DNA of 41,513 nt from Bigelowiella natans CCMP2755 (taxonomy: Eukaryota > Protista > Cercozoa): the NCBI GenBank assembly GCA_000320545.1, contig ADNK01003241.1:1-41513 (forward strand), in the 5' to 3' direction. The translations under genes and the position numbers were made by a program. Below, piece by piece: positions 1-11,710 of this stretch; the first letter of the stretch is position 1; every line of letters starts with the position of its first letter. The notes under the pieces are model-generated. The model worked only from the letters and a program-made list of their open reading frames with translations. It had not been told where the DNA came from and made no database searches.

Positions 1-1614
1 ATGATAATGAGTCATTTGTGAGATGGTACGGAATCTGTGGTGATGACGAATAAGCTTCAACGAGGGAGTACCGGGATGAAAGTTCAGCTATGTGGCTCTC
101 TATTCTTCGCATGTCACCGTATTTCTCTTGCCGATGAAGCTGCTTCCAGAAATCTCGCGCAGCTTGGATTTGGTGCTCGATGTTTCTGAGAACAACAGCC
201 TTGTCTCGATCTGGAGGAAGTAGTAGAGATGTTTTTCCTCCTTCTTCAGCTTCTTCTTTAACAAGAGATCGCTTTCGTCTCAGTAGTTTTCGTAGAAGAA
301 TACCGAGGGGTTTTCCTGTAAGTATATGATACTTGCGAAGGTTCTCCCACCTTTCCATGTCTTCTCTCGATGGAGGCGGTGGAGGGGAGTCGCGCAGCGT
401 TGTATGCATCTGGGTAGCATCCGATTCAAACTCGCCTAACAACATCTCCATGATCGCCCGATCAAGAACATTTTGAGGCTTCCATCGTCTACCCATAATT
501 CGACGCTCTTTTGGGGTTAAATAGTTAGATCGCGCCCTTCTTTTCTGTTCTCGCGCCTCCTCACGATCAGCGTCGAGTTTGAAGCCAAATTGTTCCAACA
601 CTTGTTCTACTGTACGGTCTTGTATAAGTTGCTCAATCGTCTGATCTGGGGACTGCCGCCCCTTCACTTTTTCATCATATTTGCTAACGTTAGCAGCGTA
701 TGGATTATATCTTCCCTTGTACAATTGTACGTGCATCTGATCGAGAATGTGCCGTATTGAGGATTGTCTATTTGATATAAGAGTTAAAAACTCCATCCAG
801 TACACCAGCCCAGGGTCACCATTGTCGGGAGAGGCAGGATCAGCGTCTTTATACCATCGAGAATCTGTAGCTTCATTGAACAAATCGTGCTCATACTCAA
901 ACCATGCCTGCGGGTTATACAATCCTGTACATCCCTCATTGCTTCTAAGATCTAAGCTTCTTCGTGAGAACCTACGAAGATAGATGATGCAACGGAAGAT
1001 GTGAGTGTTCTATGATGATGATGACGATGACGATGACTCATATCATTCATACGCATTCAGTCGATTTAATAATAAATGAATTCTTCGTTTGGGATAGCAC
1101 ACTACCTCGAGTTAGGGCGAGTAAGGTTTTGGTACGGCGCTAGAAAAGGCAGGGGAAACTTTGAGCGCTCTTTTTCTGATGCCTCTCGATGCCTTCCTCC
1201 CCCACCTCGTAACTTCGCGACAAATCTGGGGAACCCGAAAAGTGCTCGTGAAGACGATGGAAGCAGTAAATCGATGGCCTCGTTCATTTGATAATCATAA
1301 TCACGTAGGCAACAACCGCGAAACTCTGACTGCTGTTGCTGATGCTGATGCTGATGATGTTGCTGCCTCTTTCTCCCTGAATCTTGAATGCCCCTTGCCA
1401 TAGACACAGAAAAAAACCGTGGGAAACGGTGTGCAAAATCACTGTGCAAGTAGAATGTGAGAAGAGATAATGAGTAGAACAATTGTCGGAGACATATTCT
1501 CCTCCTCCTCCTCCTTTGGCATGGTGGGCCTGATACTACTCTTTCCTCAGTAAAGAGGCTATCGTCAAGCCGAGGGCTCTTATTTGCCTCCCTTGGGACT
1601 TCGAGGGCTTTCAT
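1..1614 (-). CDS. Hypothetical protein, 3'-truncated by the window edge; exons 1614-1106 and 971-<1
   Basis: ATG at 1614 opens a 170-codon exon. A GT donor at 1105 and an AG acceptor at 973-972 join in phase (AG|G = Arg) to a stop-free frame of ~323 codons that runs off position 1 (FSRRSLDLRSNEG...AWFEYEHDLF...RWKPQNVLDRAIMEMLL...RDFWKQLHRQEKY). The ORF track misses this second frame. No family recognised. Confidence 0.6.
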
Positions 1615-2112
1615 ATTTACAGCAAAGTTGTTCTGGTTATCTCAGAGAGGCTTGGGTATTAGTGATTATGGGTTCGGAAGCAGCGAGCGGGAAGGGCTGG
1701 AAATCTGTCAATACCGAAGGCATGCAACGGTAGTCAAACTGCGTTGGCGGCAGCGACCACTAGGGGGCTGCATCAGAACCCCCTGACAATTGCCTTTGGC
1801 TTTTTCTCCCCCCTCTGAGCACAGCTTCCCTCTCGCTCTCTCGCTCTGTCGCTCTTCGGCCTCTATTATTAATATGTTTCATTATCCTAATCTTAGTACA
1901 TATATTTAGGAAATATGATCATTACATAAATTTTTTAGATTGTCTTAGTGAATCTTCAAATTAAAACCATAAGTCAAGATATCTTTACCATCATTAGGAT
2001 ATTCACGGTGTACTTCTGTGTCTAAAAACTGTTTGTCTGAGTGTCTGTTGGCATCGACGACTGCTGTCGGCGTCACCATTGAAAACTACCCGTTCCACGA
2101 AGCTTAAGAACC
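1615..2112. promoter_or_regulatory. Probable bidirectional promoter between the orphan gene (-) and COA5 (+)
   Basis: About 500 bp between two divergent start codons, with a GC-rich patch and CT-rich tract (about 1720-1860) followed by an AT-rich patch. Positional inference only. Confidence 0.4.
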
Positions 2113-2479
2113 ATGCCCAAGGGCTTCTCGAGCTGCAAAGACACAATGAAAAATTTCGTTCAATGTGTGAAGGGGACTAAGTGTGTTAAGCAAGGAGGAA
2201 AGGTCAACCACGATACATATTTCAAAGATGTTTTTCCATACATGACCTACTCTTACCTTAGCTGATCGACTGCATCAAATCCGAGGAGGCCAAGGCGGAA
2301 TGTGATGCACAAAGGACTGCACACTTTATATGCAAACGTTCTCAGGTTTGATCTATGCACTGGTTTTTATCAATAATATCCATCTACGCCAGGTGAAAAT
2401 TATTTCATGACTGTGAATAAACGAATAAAATCAGCTCGATATGCGTTCAAGAATAAGAGGAAATCATGCTACAAGATAA
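2113..2479 (+). CDS. COA5: Cytochrome c oxidase assembly factor 5 (PET191/COA5); join(2113..2202,2262..2345,2435..2479), 72 aa
   Basis: Spliced product MPKGFSSCKDTMKNFVQCVKGTKCVKQGGK|LIDCIKSEEAKAECDAQRTAHFICKRSQ|LDMRSRIRGNHATR*. It has the six-cysteine twin-CX9C-type pattern and the C-terminal CKRxQLDMRxRxRGN signature of Pet191/COA5. Both introns are GT-AG, phase 0. Absent from the ORF track. Confidence 0.92.
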
Positions 2480-2699
2480 CGTTCTGCCTTCACCCATAGT
2501 TCGGGCAGGCAGACATTAGCAGTCAGCGAAATTTTAAATCGAGGCATTGTTCGTGGTCATCAACACACTTTTCAAATGAATTCGAGCAACACATTGTTGT
2601 TGCGGTACCGGTTAGAAAAGGGAAAAGGAAGCCCTTTATTCCAACTTGTGACACTAAACACACACAAGTATGTTGGACATACCAGTGGCTATGTAATAC

Positions 2700-3880
2700 G
2701 TCACGCACTTAGCTGCTAGCTCAGTTTTCCGTGACCGCGATTCATGCACATGTATGTTCGCTGCGATGGTAGCTACACGTTTAGATGTATGCACGTACTT
2801 GATTTACACCAATATTTATTATCACACATAATGATGTAAATATCCTGATCCACGTGCACAAAGCGATAGGAATCACTACGTACAGACACAACTGCGTGTC
2901 GCATTACAATCTAATTCTAACAATCCGATCCTGGAGTGATTTTCAATTTTACATGCTCGATTTGGTGATTTGATCGATGTGTGCATGTTACAGCAGGCAC
3001 GCGTGTGTGCTAGCGTGGCGAATTCATTTATCACGCTTCGTCGCTAACCCATTGTCGTCACATCACATCAGTCAACACAACAATGGTGCACACTACTAGA
3101 CTAGCACAGCTAGCGACAGCATGGGCCATACACGTACGCAAGCGCGTGAACAATCGAATCATGCGCAAGGTCTGCAAGGTACGACGTAGCTATGATCGCA
3201 AATAAATACCGTCTCCATTTTGTTCCCACGTTCGCACATCGCTAGATCGTTGCAATGTACTTGTGCGTTCACACTGCGTTTGCGGACCGATTCGAGTGCG
3301 CAGTGCACACTAGCACACCAGGATGCAGCTGCACATGTCACATGCAACACACCGCCGTGCTATAATTGAAGATGTTGCTGTAGTCAAGCGTCCATTGCAC
3401 ATGCGAGCAAGTAGCACACTTGGCATGTGGCATGCATCTCTTGTTTCTCGCGGTTGTGTTGTCGACAGAGCTCGTGCTGCAGCGAACATGATGCTGTTTG
3501 GAGCGTCAATTCCTCAGTTTTTTGCTCACTGTCACACTATTATTATCACTAGCACATGCTAGCACACCTAGACACACCCGTTGACAAGGTTTTGCTGTGC
3601 ATGTGTGCACAACACTACCCCCGTGCGATGCATGCTAGCATGTGCATGTCACATGTTGAGTTCTTTGTCGTCAACTCATCTTCACACATGACGATGACAG
3701 CACGCACGTTTGTCGCGCGCTGCTACGTACGACCGACACGCTGCTGTGGCCTGTCGCTGCGATGCGCCCAACATGAGGCTGCGAAACAAACGACAAAGGA
3801 CTGCACAACACAGATGCAATTTGTGCATGGTGATACACTATCATAATCAATGCATGTTGGAGATGAGAAGCGTATGCAGA
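2700..3880. other. Purine-pyrimidine palindrome-rich intergenic tract (RY spacer 1)
   Basis: Visibly dense in GCATGC, ATGCAT, GCTAGC, TGCACA, ACATGT and GTAC words (e.g. gatgcatgctagcatgtgcatgtcacatg near 3626). Lacks the triplet microsatellites of the introns, and no convincing exon was found. Confidence 0.6.
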
Positions 3881-4037
3881 AGATATTGAGGCCAGAGGTA
3901 AATCATAGAAGTTAGACAGAATGGATAACAATGATAGTTGTTTGTATGCTCCATTTTTGTTCTAATCCTTCGCTTCATTACCACTACAGTTATTGTTATT
4001 ACCATTAGAGCTATCATCCCCATAATTAGTATTAATT

Positions 4038-4076
<39 letters not shown>

Positions 4077-5903
4077 CACCTCACCACTATAATGATTGTG
4101 GCTGTTATAAATGTACCAGACTGGCTTCGAATACAGAAGAATAAGCATTTCTGAGGCTCTATGAATATTACTAGAAACGATTTATAGAGAAATCAAAAAA
4201 TTGAGGATGCGCAAACGTAAATACATTTAGTCGCCTACTATTACATCACGCTTCTGCATTCACACGCAAATGTGTTTAAGCATTCTTGGTACCAAAGTGT
4301 TCATTTCTCAGTCCAAATTTTGCCGTGATCGTTAGGGATTTTGATAGCGTTTCCACGCAATTATAGTGTGTTTAAGCATACTCAAAAGCACTGCGGCGAT
4401 TTGTAAATGTTTTCGACGCAATGTGGGAGAAAATTCTTGCACATAGCATCGCAATCAACGGGTTTTTTTTGCTGTGAATGAAGATATTTCACCAGCCATG
4501 CAGAAACTGTTCTTGTTTGACAACATTGAATCGAATGAGGCGAGTGAAACAGAAGTCGCTTCATCTCGTTTCAATGAAGCATAGCGAATGTTAGTTCATT
4601 AAGACGACTCGTATTTTTTCATCATCAAGGGCCGATTCTGATTTGTCTCATAATCAAGTAATAATTTACATGCTTTTCGTGCTACCTAGTTTCATGCCAT
4701 GATGGGTAAAATATCGCAAGTGTAGGATCATTGTGTGAGATCACCGAAAAAAAAGGAGTGAAACTGCTGCAAAATATGAAAATTGCCAATCTTGACATTT
4801 CTGCCAAGTAGCCGTGCCCTGAGAAGCCGTTCGGCTAAAATGAATGAGTTCCATCATTCAGCTTCAACGTTTTCAAAACGAATGGAATACGGCTAGAAAG
4901 ATGAATTAATTAAAAGAAGAGAACGCTAGTGTTCAGTGTTGGGACTTATACGTGTCTTGAAAGTTACATGTGTCGGAGAATTGTATCTCGTTGATCTCTT
5001 GATTTTGTTCTTCTTTTCTAGCCTCTTGATCGTTGCACAAGGTGATAGGCGTGTCCCACATAAATACGAATAGGCCCTAGCTTCAACACGAATTAATTAT
5101 TCGTACATGGTTGTACATCCAACTCATGATTGGCACATGTGCCTTTTTGTTATTTGTGCACATATTTCCCCTGGTGCAGCAGTTTACCCACAATAAAGCT
5201 TTTTGACTCAACATGAATTTCTTGAGAGACTTTGCAATGTGAAGAAGTGTGCTATTCACCAGCGAGAAATCATAATGATGCGTTGGCGGGACATGAAAAT
5301 AAAATGCTATCGATTTAGCAAAGCAGTCGCACACCATTCGCGAAGACATTGTGAGGCTCTTCTTCGGCAATGCGTGCTTGGCAGGTTCCCATTCAATCTT
5401 GCGACATGATGAAGGATTTGTCGCAACGCATTTCTTACACATATTCTTTATTATTTCTTTCGGATGTGAGCACAGTCCTTTCCGTTATCTTTTTTTTCCC
5501 CAGAAAGACATAATTTCTCAAATTAAGGCAAAATTAGGTGCGAATTCCATCTAACAGACGATCGCTTTGACTTGGGAACCCTTGCATGAGGCTCGCATCC
5601 TGACGTTATTCATCATAAAAATAAATCCCCATGACACCGTGACAGACTACTAGGAAAACTACTAGATCTACTTTGCTGTTCCAGCCTGCTGGATTTCCAT
5701 AATTGCATCAGATCTAGGTCATATTTTTATCATCGTTTTGGGGGACTTGTTTGTGACATGGATGTGCGCGACGATAGTTGTGACTCGAAACAAGATTTAC
5801 GACACCAAAACTTTGTTGTCGTACATGAGGAACACATAACAATTTTGCCTGTATTAGGGGCGCTAACGCTGAATTTCTCTTTCCAACAAACACCGAAACA
5901 ACA

Positions 5904-6905
5904 ATGGCGCCCAACTACTACCCCAGGCTGAGCAGGTTTGTTATTGCGGTGCTCAATCTTATGTGTACGATTTAATCCTTTTAATATGATAAGCTCACTT
6001 TGAAATATCCATGCCTATGTGTGAGGGCTCTGCTTTTTGGGCAGGGTCGAAGATGGGATTTAGTATCTGCTGTTACTTGACGAGATTTTCTCCTTCGTGC
6101 TATTTTCAGCTTCGCCTTTCCCATTCAGACACGCTATAATTGTTTATCCTTGATAGGAAATACAGCCAGCGGGCTCTAGCAGTGATGATCTGCGCCTTGG
6201 TGGTAGTTATTGTTGCGGTTTGCACAACCCTTGGACTGGAAGGGAGCACCCCAACTCGGAATCAACATCAAATACTCGGACAAGAGACGAAGACAAAGTA
6301 CATAAACGAAAATATCCTTGCATATATAAAATATATCGATATCTTGTTAAAGTTTGGGGAGATCTAGCTGCGCGCATAGCGATACTGCCATATTTCACTT
6401 TAATTGTTTGTTGGTACGAAGGAAAAGAGCACACAAAAGTCGGTCATCTCGAGCTGGGCTCTCATTTCCTGTCGGACGTATCGCAAGTAAGCTTCGAAAA
6501 GGCAACTATGGAGAGCGAATTTCCACTAGTGCTGCTGTTATGATGGCTGCCGTCACGGAATACCTTACAGCCGAAGTTCTTGAGCTTGCTGGAAATGCAG
6601 CTACCGTATGTGCCAAAAACATAGAAGGATAAACACAAAATGACATTGAGAGCGAAACGATGAGATTGAGAAATTGGTGGAGATTGATTTGAAATAATTA
6701 AGGCAGTCATGACTTATTCTTTTGGCCAATTTAGGTTGCACGAAAGTCGCGAATCATCCCCAGGCATATATTCCTCGGGGTTCAGACGGATGAGGAATTG
6801 TCAAAGTATATGGACAATATAATCTTCCATCAAGGAGGCGTATTGCCCCAGGTTATTGCCCCTCCAAAATCAAAAAAGAAAAAAGTAGATGATGCGGCAA
6901 AATAA
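5904..6905 (+). CDS. H2A: Histone H2A with N-terminal bipartite targeting leader, probably nucleomorph-targeted; join(5904..5935,6157..6297,6422..6605,6735..6905), 175 aa
   Basis: Spliced product [176 protein letters not shown]2A hallmarks [14 protein letters not shown], [14 protein letters not shown], IxPRH, DEEL and QGGVLP are present. All three GT-AG junctions keep the frame. The histone call is secure; exon 1 is less certain. Confidence 0.92.
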
Positions 6906-7049
6906 TATGTGCCATTGGAACAACTTTCTTTTCCCATGAATTGCGGTTCTAGTAGGATACGATGACGTAAAAAGGAACAGCATACGCATGAGATCTGACT
7001 GAAAATTGTACACTTAATTAAAGAATATGATCAATTAAGAATTCGAAAC

Positions 7050-7860
7050 GATGTAGCGTACTATGCACAAGATGCAGTCACGTTATCCACGTGTCTCTTC
7101 ATCTACCATTTGTCCCCACACCGCCTAATATGCCCCATTCATGTATACTCAATGTATTCCAAGTTACGCATACGCATGTTATCCTGCTTCTGCATTTGTT
7201 ACATACTAGCATAGCATAACTTTGCGGGGCCATAATTGTTCGTGGCTGTAGCATGCTAGCATGGTATGCAACTATTATTGTGCGATGCAAATTTTCTCAT
7301 TCTAATACACACGTAGCAGATACATATCGCTGCCTTTTATTATGCGTAGTCTACGCTATCGCTCGTGTCGCCAATATGTGTTTTATGTACACGTATGTAC
7401 CAAAGTCACTCTTGGAAGGACACACCACGTGCAATAACATGCCGAAGCGCATGTATATGCATGCATGACGTACAATGCAGACTGTCTAGCTTTGTACGTA
7501 ATATGTGAATCGACGACATGGCATAGATGCTTTTACATGCATGAAACACATAACTAGATAATAGCAGAAACCAACATATAAACAGATGAAACATAAACGC
7601 TGTAGCCGCCAGCTGCCTTGCATAGCTACATATCATTAGGATTACAATTGAAAATATTTAATTATATCATTAGTGACACATGCTATCGCCCGAGCATATT
7701 TTTACTTTTTTCAAAAGTATAAATAGTTTCATGGCATAAATATTTAGACCGATGCATGTCGTATGTCTATAGACATAGTCGCCGTTACACATGAGCATAG
7801 CCACATGTACATTTTTGCTAAAATAACATGGTGAGCAATGCCGCTCCGTACAATGGCCCT
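7050..7860. other. Purine-pyrimidine palindrome-rich intergenic tract (RY spacer 2)
   Basis: Same word composition as 2700-3880 (e.g. gtagcatgctagcatggtatgcaac near 7247, atgcatgcatgacgtac near 7457). Begins about 150 bp after the H2A stop. Confidence 0.55.
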
Positions 7861-9111
7861 TTATTTTGAATAACTATTCCCGTCCAGCGCATCACAATGT
7901 ATGGCTAGGTAGGCTGCGATTTAACTCAGCCTGCTATCTTACTGGCTCCAATGATTTCCGTCTTCATGACAGTGAATCTTACAAGGATTTCATTCTTTAC
8001 ACAGGATTTCTTCGTCTCAAAATTCCATTGACAACTTTCACGCTTGGATTCTTACATAACATTTAAAAATAAGAAGACAAATTTCGAAAATTAAAGTAGT
8101 CTATTCGTCGCTGTGCAAACACTTTCAAAGCGGCATTATTTTTATAAAGACTATTTTTCTAAGTTATGACTCTCACCATTGAAACCTTGACAATGAAGCC
8201 CCTGAAGACATGTTGGACCGTTGCGGTGATCATTACGAAAAACATCACTTTCGCTCGAACGACGAGACGGAAAAAATCCACCTCCTAAAGGTCAATAATG
8301 TTAAAAAATAAGCTCTTTCTGGAGAAGAAAGTTTCAGGATGAATTTCTTTCAAATTACATCGGTTTGCTCCATTTCAATGAGATGGGCAAGGGTACCAAA
8401 AGAATCGTCCTTATCCTCGTCAAGTGGCGAAAGGGCCGCTGCTGTCATACAAGCAGGCATCTCTCGCTCAGAAAACCCCATCATTGTGATTGACCTCGGT
8501 CATACATGGCGACATGTGATGATACCTGTAGCGGAGGGTGTCTAGCTGAGTAGAATCAAGCAAATAGCAAATTTGCTATGCCAGAGTCGTCGAGATGTTT
8601 CGCAAGGAGGGCTAAGCACGAAGGCGACGCTTTCCTGCAGTGCCCTGCCCCAGTCCAACAACAACCAACCACAGCAAGAAGTGATGAGGGAAAGCAAAAG
8701 CAAAAGAAGAAGAAGCAGAAACAGAAAAAATATTACGCTCAAAACATCTAAAATATGAATAAGCATCGGAACATTTTGGGAAAACATATATGAACTGGCA
8801 GGATAGTTCGATTTATCATTGATTGTCCTAATTCTATCTTAAAATTTACGCCCATTACAACCGAAATAGAACAGAACAGAAACAGCATCGAGACAGCGCT
8901 GCAGGGTTATATGTGTTACGTCGGGAGGTCATGGCAGCTGTTTGTTCTTTGAGTAGTAGTTCATATGATATGCATTGCACAGACAACAACGAGTCTGACC
9001 TCTGATGAATGAACCCTCTGTATCTCCAACGAGTAGATCGCCTACATTAGCGCCTACGACAAGGACGCCCACACAACTGGTGGACATATTCTCGTATCGT
9101 ACATAGCTTAA

Positions 9112-9812
9112 ATGGACAGAAATGGACAGAACACCAACCGAGCGATGAAGGCTGGGGATCCGGATGCTACCCTGCGCTGCGTGGAGAAGCAGGATACAGT
9201 GCCGAAACATCCATCCTTAGGCTCACAACGACGCCCTCAATCTACTCCTTTGCATTGGAACCCCCCACCCCCGATACAACGACATCACCACCAATTCCAG
9301 CACCGAGGCCATCAGGATTTTCGGTTCCAGTCATCCCTGAATGCCCCCCCCCCTTTCCTTCCAGCCCAACATCTGTATCCTCTCCGCCAAGGCCACCACC
9401 ACATGCCACACTCCTCCCAGCCCCCACCGTTTTGGTACTCAGGCCCTCCTCCTCCTCATCATCAGCAGCAATCATTACAGCGTTATGGGCATTATTCAAA
9501 CGGCGGTAACGATCGCATGCAAAAGGTCAGCAGCAGGCAAGTAACAGCAGAAGCAGATCATCCCTCAGGTTTGACCCCATTCCTCGTCGATATTCCTGGG
9601 GAGGATCGAGAAAAGGTCATTACCAGTAAATGATGATGCAACGTTAAGTAGAGGTCCAAGGCGGCTGTTTAACAAGTGGTTGTGGATGATGATAAGAACA
9701 TGTTACTACAGGTATGTAAGTTCGCTGCTAATTGGTCATTACTCTGTGATTTCTTCGATGCAAAGACGATATCGAAGGTACAATGATTGCCATAACTATT
9801 TCGAAAGCACAC

Positions 9813-9857
<45 letters not shown>

Positions 9858-10243
9858 CAAGAAAGCTAGAGGTAAGAAGAGATTATATCGATTGATGATG
9901 AATTGTTTGGTTGGGTTCAGCTCTTATATTCAAGTCAAAACGAAACTTTACAAAGGTATACACACACACTCGCTGCATGTGTTATTATTACTGGTTGATG
10001 CAACACTTTGTCGTGGTCGTCATTAATAGGAACGTGTGTGAGCTGTTAGCAATGCTGATGGTCGAATGCCGGAGACGTTTCCGAAAGAGAGTACAAAGAC
10101 ATCGAAGATTCAATCCGCAAATTGCCGATGATGCATTCGTCACACATCAGGTAGCAGTTTAATAGGGAAAATGGAGTATGTGGAACATAGTAGCAGCAGC
10201 AGCAGCAGATCCAGCAGCTGCAGTAATAGTTATAGCAGTGGAG

Positions 10244-10285
<42 letters not shown>

Positions 10286-10733
10286 AAATATGTGTGTGTG
10301 TCTATGTGTGTGTGTGTGTATCACATATAATATGTTTATCACATGCTTGTGTTTCTTCCGTTAGATCGCCTCCTTCCTAGCAGATAGCTGGAGAAAGATG
10401 TAAGTAGGCTATTTGCATGTCTCTTAACATCTAAAGCTCATCCATTTTCCCGTTCTTTCTAGTCATCGATTTACACCAGATTTGAGCTCCGAAACAAGTA
10501 AGTTTCTTTTCATCCATAGATTCGTTTTTTTGCGCTTGATTAATATTTAGTAAGGGTTGGATGATATCACGACACGAATGTGACACTACTCCTCCCTCTT
10601 TGACTTGTTACCGTATCAGATCAATAACTATATAGCAGTAAAATACGATAAATTATTATTGGCATATCAGCTCTATATACAAAGAACCACTGTAACGTAG
10701 AATAAAGTTCATCGATATCTTCCTTACGACATT

Positions 10734-10773
<40 letters not shown>

Positions 10774-11024
10774 TAGTTGCGATCATGATGTCCACTTCCT
10801 TCCTTTTTCTCTAGGAAGACGTATTCACAACTGGCTTCACAAACGCAAGAGCTTTTTCGAGGAGCAGCTTCGTCTCCGGATATCTCACCAGTCACAAGTA
10901 ATACAATAGAACAAACGACAACTCCCCACATTATGACCATCGTCATCGTCATCATCATCATCATCATCATCACATGTCCTTGTTTGACATTTCACTCTCT
11001 CCCACCCCCCCCCCCCTCCTCTCT

Positions 11025-11073
<49 letters not shown>

Positions 11074-11678
11074 GTGTGTGTGTGTTTGTACTAATAATAA
11101 GGGTGATAAAGATGTAGATAGACGGCTTGTCTTGTTCAAGGAGAAAATTGAAGGCGATGATGAAAACAGCGATGACAGCGATGACAGTGATGACGATAGT
11201 GATGACGATAGTGATGACGATAGTGACGACGATAGTGACGAAGAAGCAAATGTAGATGGCGGGAAGAATGGAGATGCTGTTAGTAGTACACAGGGCTCAG
11301 AAATTAATATTGACGATGTTGATGATAGCTCATCTTCTGATGACGACGACGACGTCGATGATACCAAAAAATCGATACTACCGAGTCTCCCAACACCATC
11401 ATCATCATCATCATCATCGTCGTCGTCATTGCCGTCCCAGCAGCAGAAACGAGGACTTGCGGAGGCATGTGTGGCAGTACAACAGGCGTTACAGCAAATT
11501 CTCCAAGAAGGAACGACAACATCAGCAACAACTCTTGATTACAAAGTCTCTCACGACGACGATGATGATGATGATGATGATAATGACGATGATGACAGCG
11601 ATGAGGAAGAAGTCGATCTGACACCCAAAAGACCAGAATATCGGCACCTGCTGTCCCCCTTCTCGGTTCTTCAAGGTG

Positions 11679-11710
<32 letters not shown>

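Noticed and set aside
316-332. 17-nt GT...AG segment (minus strand) resembling a nucleomorph-type mini-intron
   Set aside because: The unspliced frame is open, while removing the segment leads to an early stop. All supported introns here are 59 nt or longer, so this is host nuclear DNA, not nucleomorph DNA.
681-695. Perfect palindrome tgctaacgttagca
   Set aside because: Lies inside an open coding exon; short enough to arise by chance.
1757-1768. CCACTAGGGGGC, a CTCF-consensus-like motif in the divergent promoter
   Set aside because: CTCF is restricted to bilaterian animals, and there is a single occurrence with no second copy seen.
5083-5442. 119-aa Cys-rich minus-strand ORF as a named gene
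   Set aside because: No recognisable motif, and competing open frames exist on the other strand. Kept only as an unresolved region.
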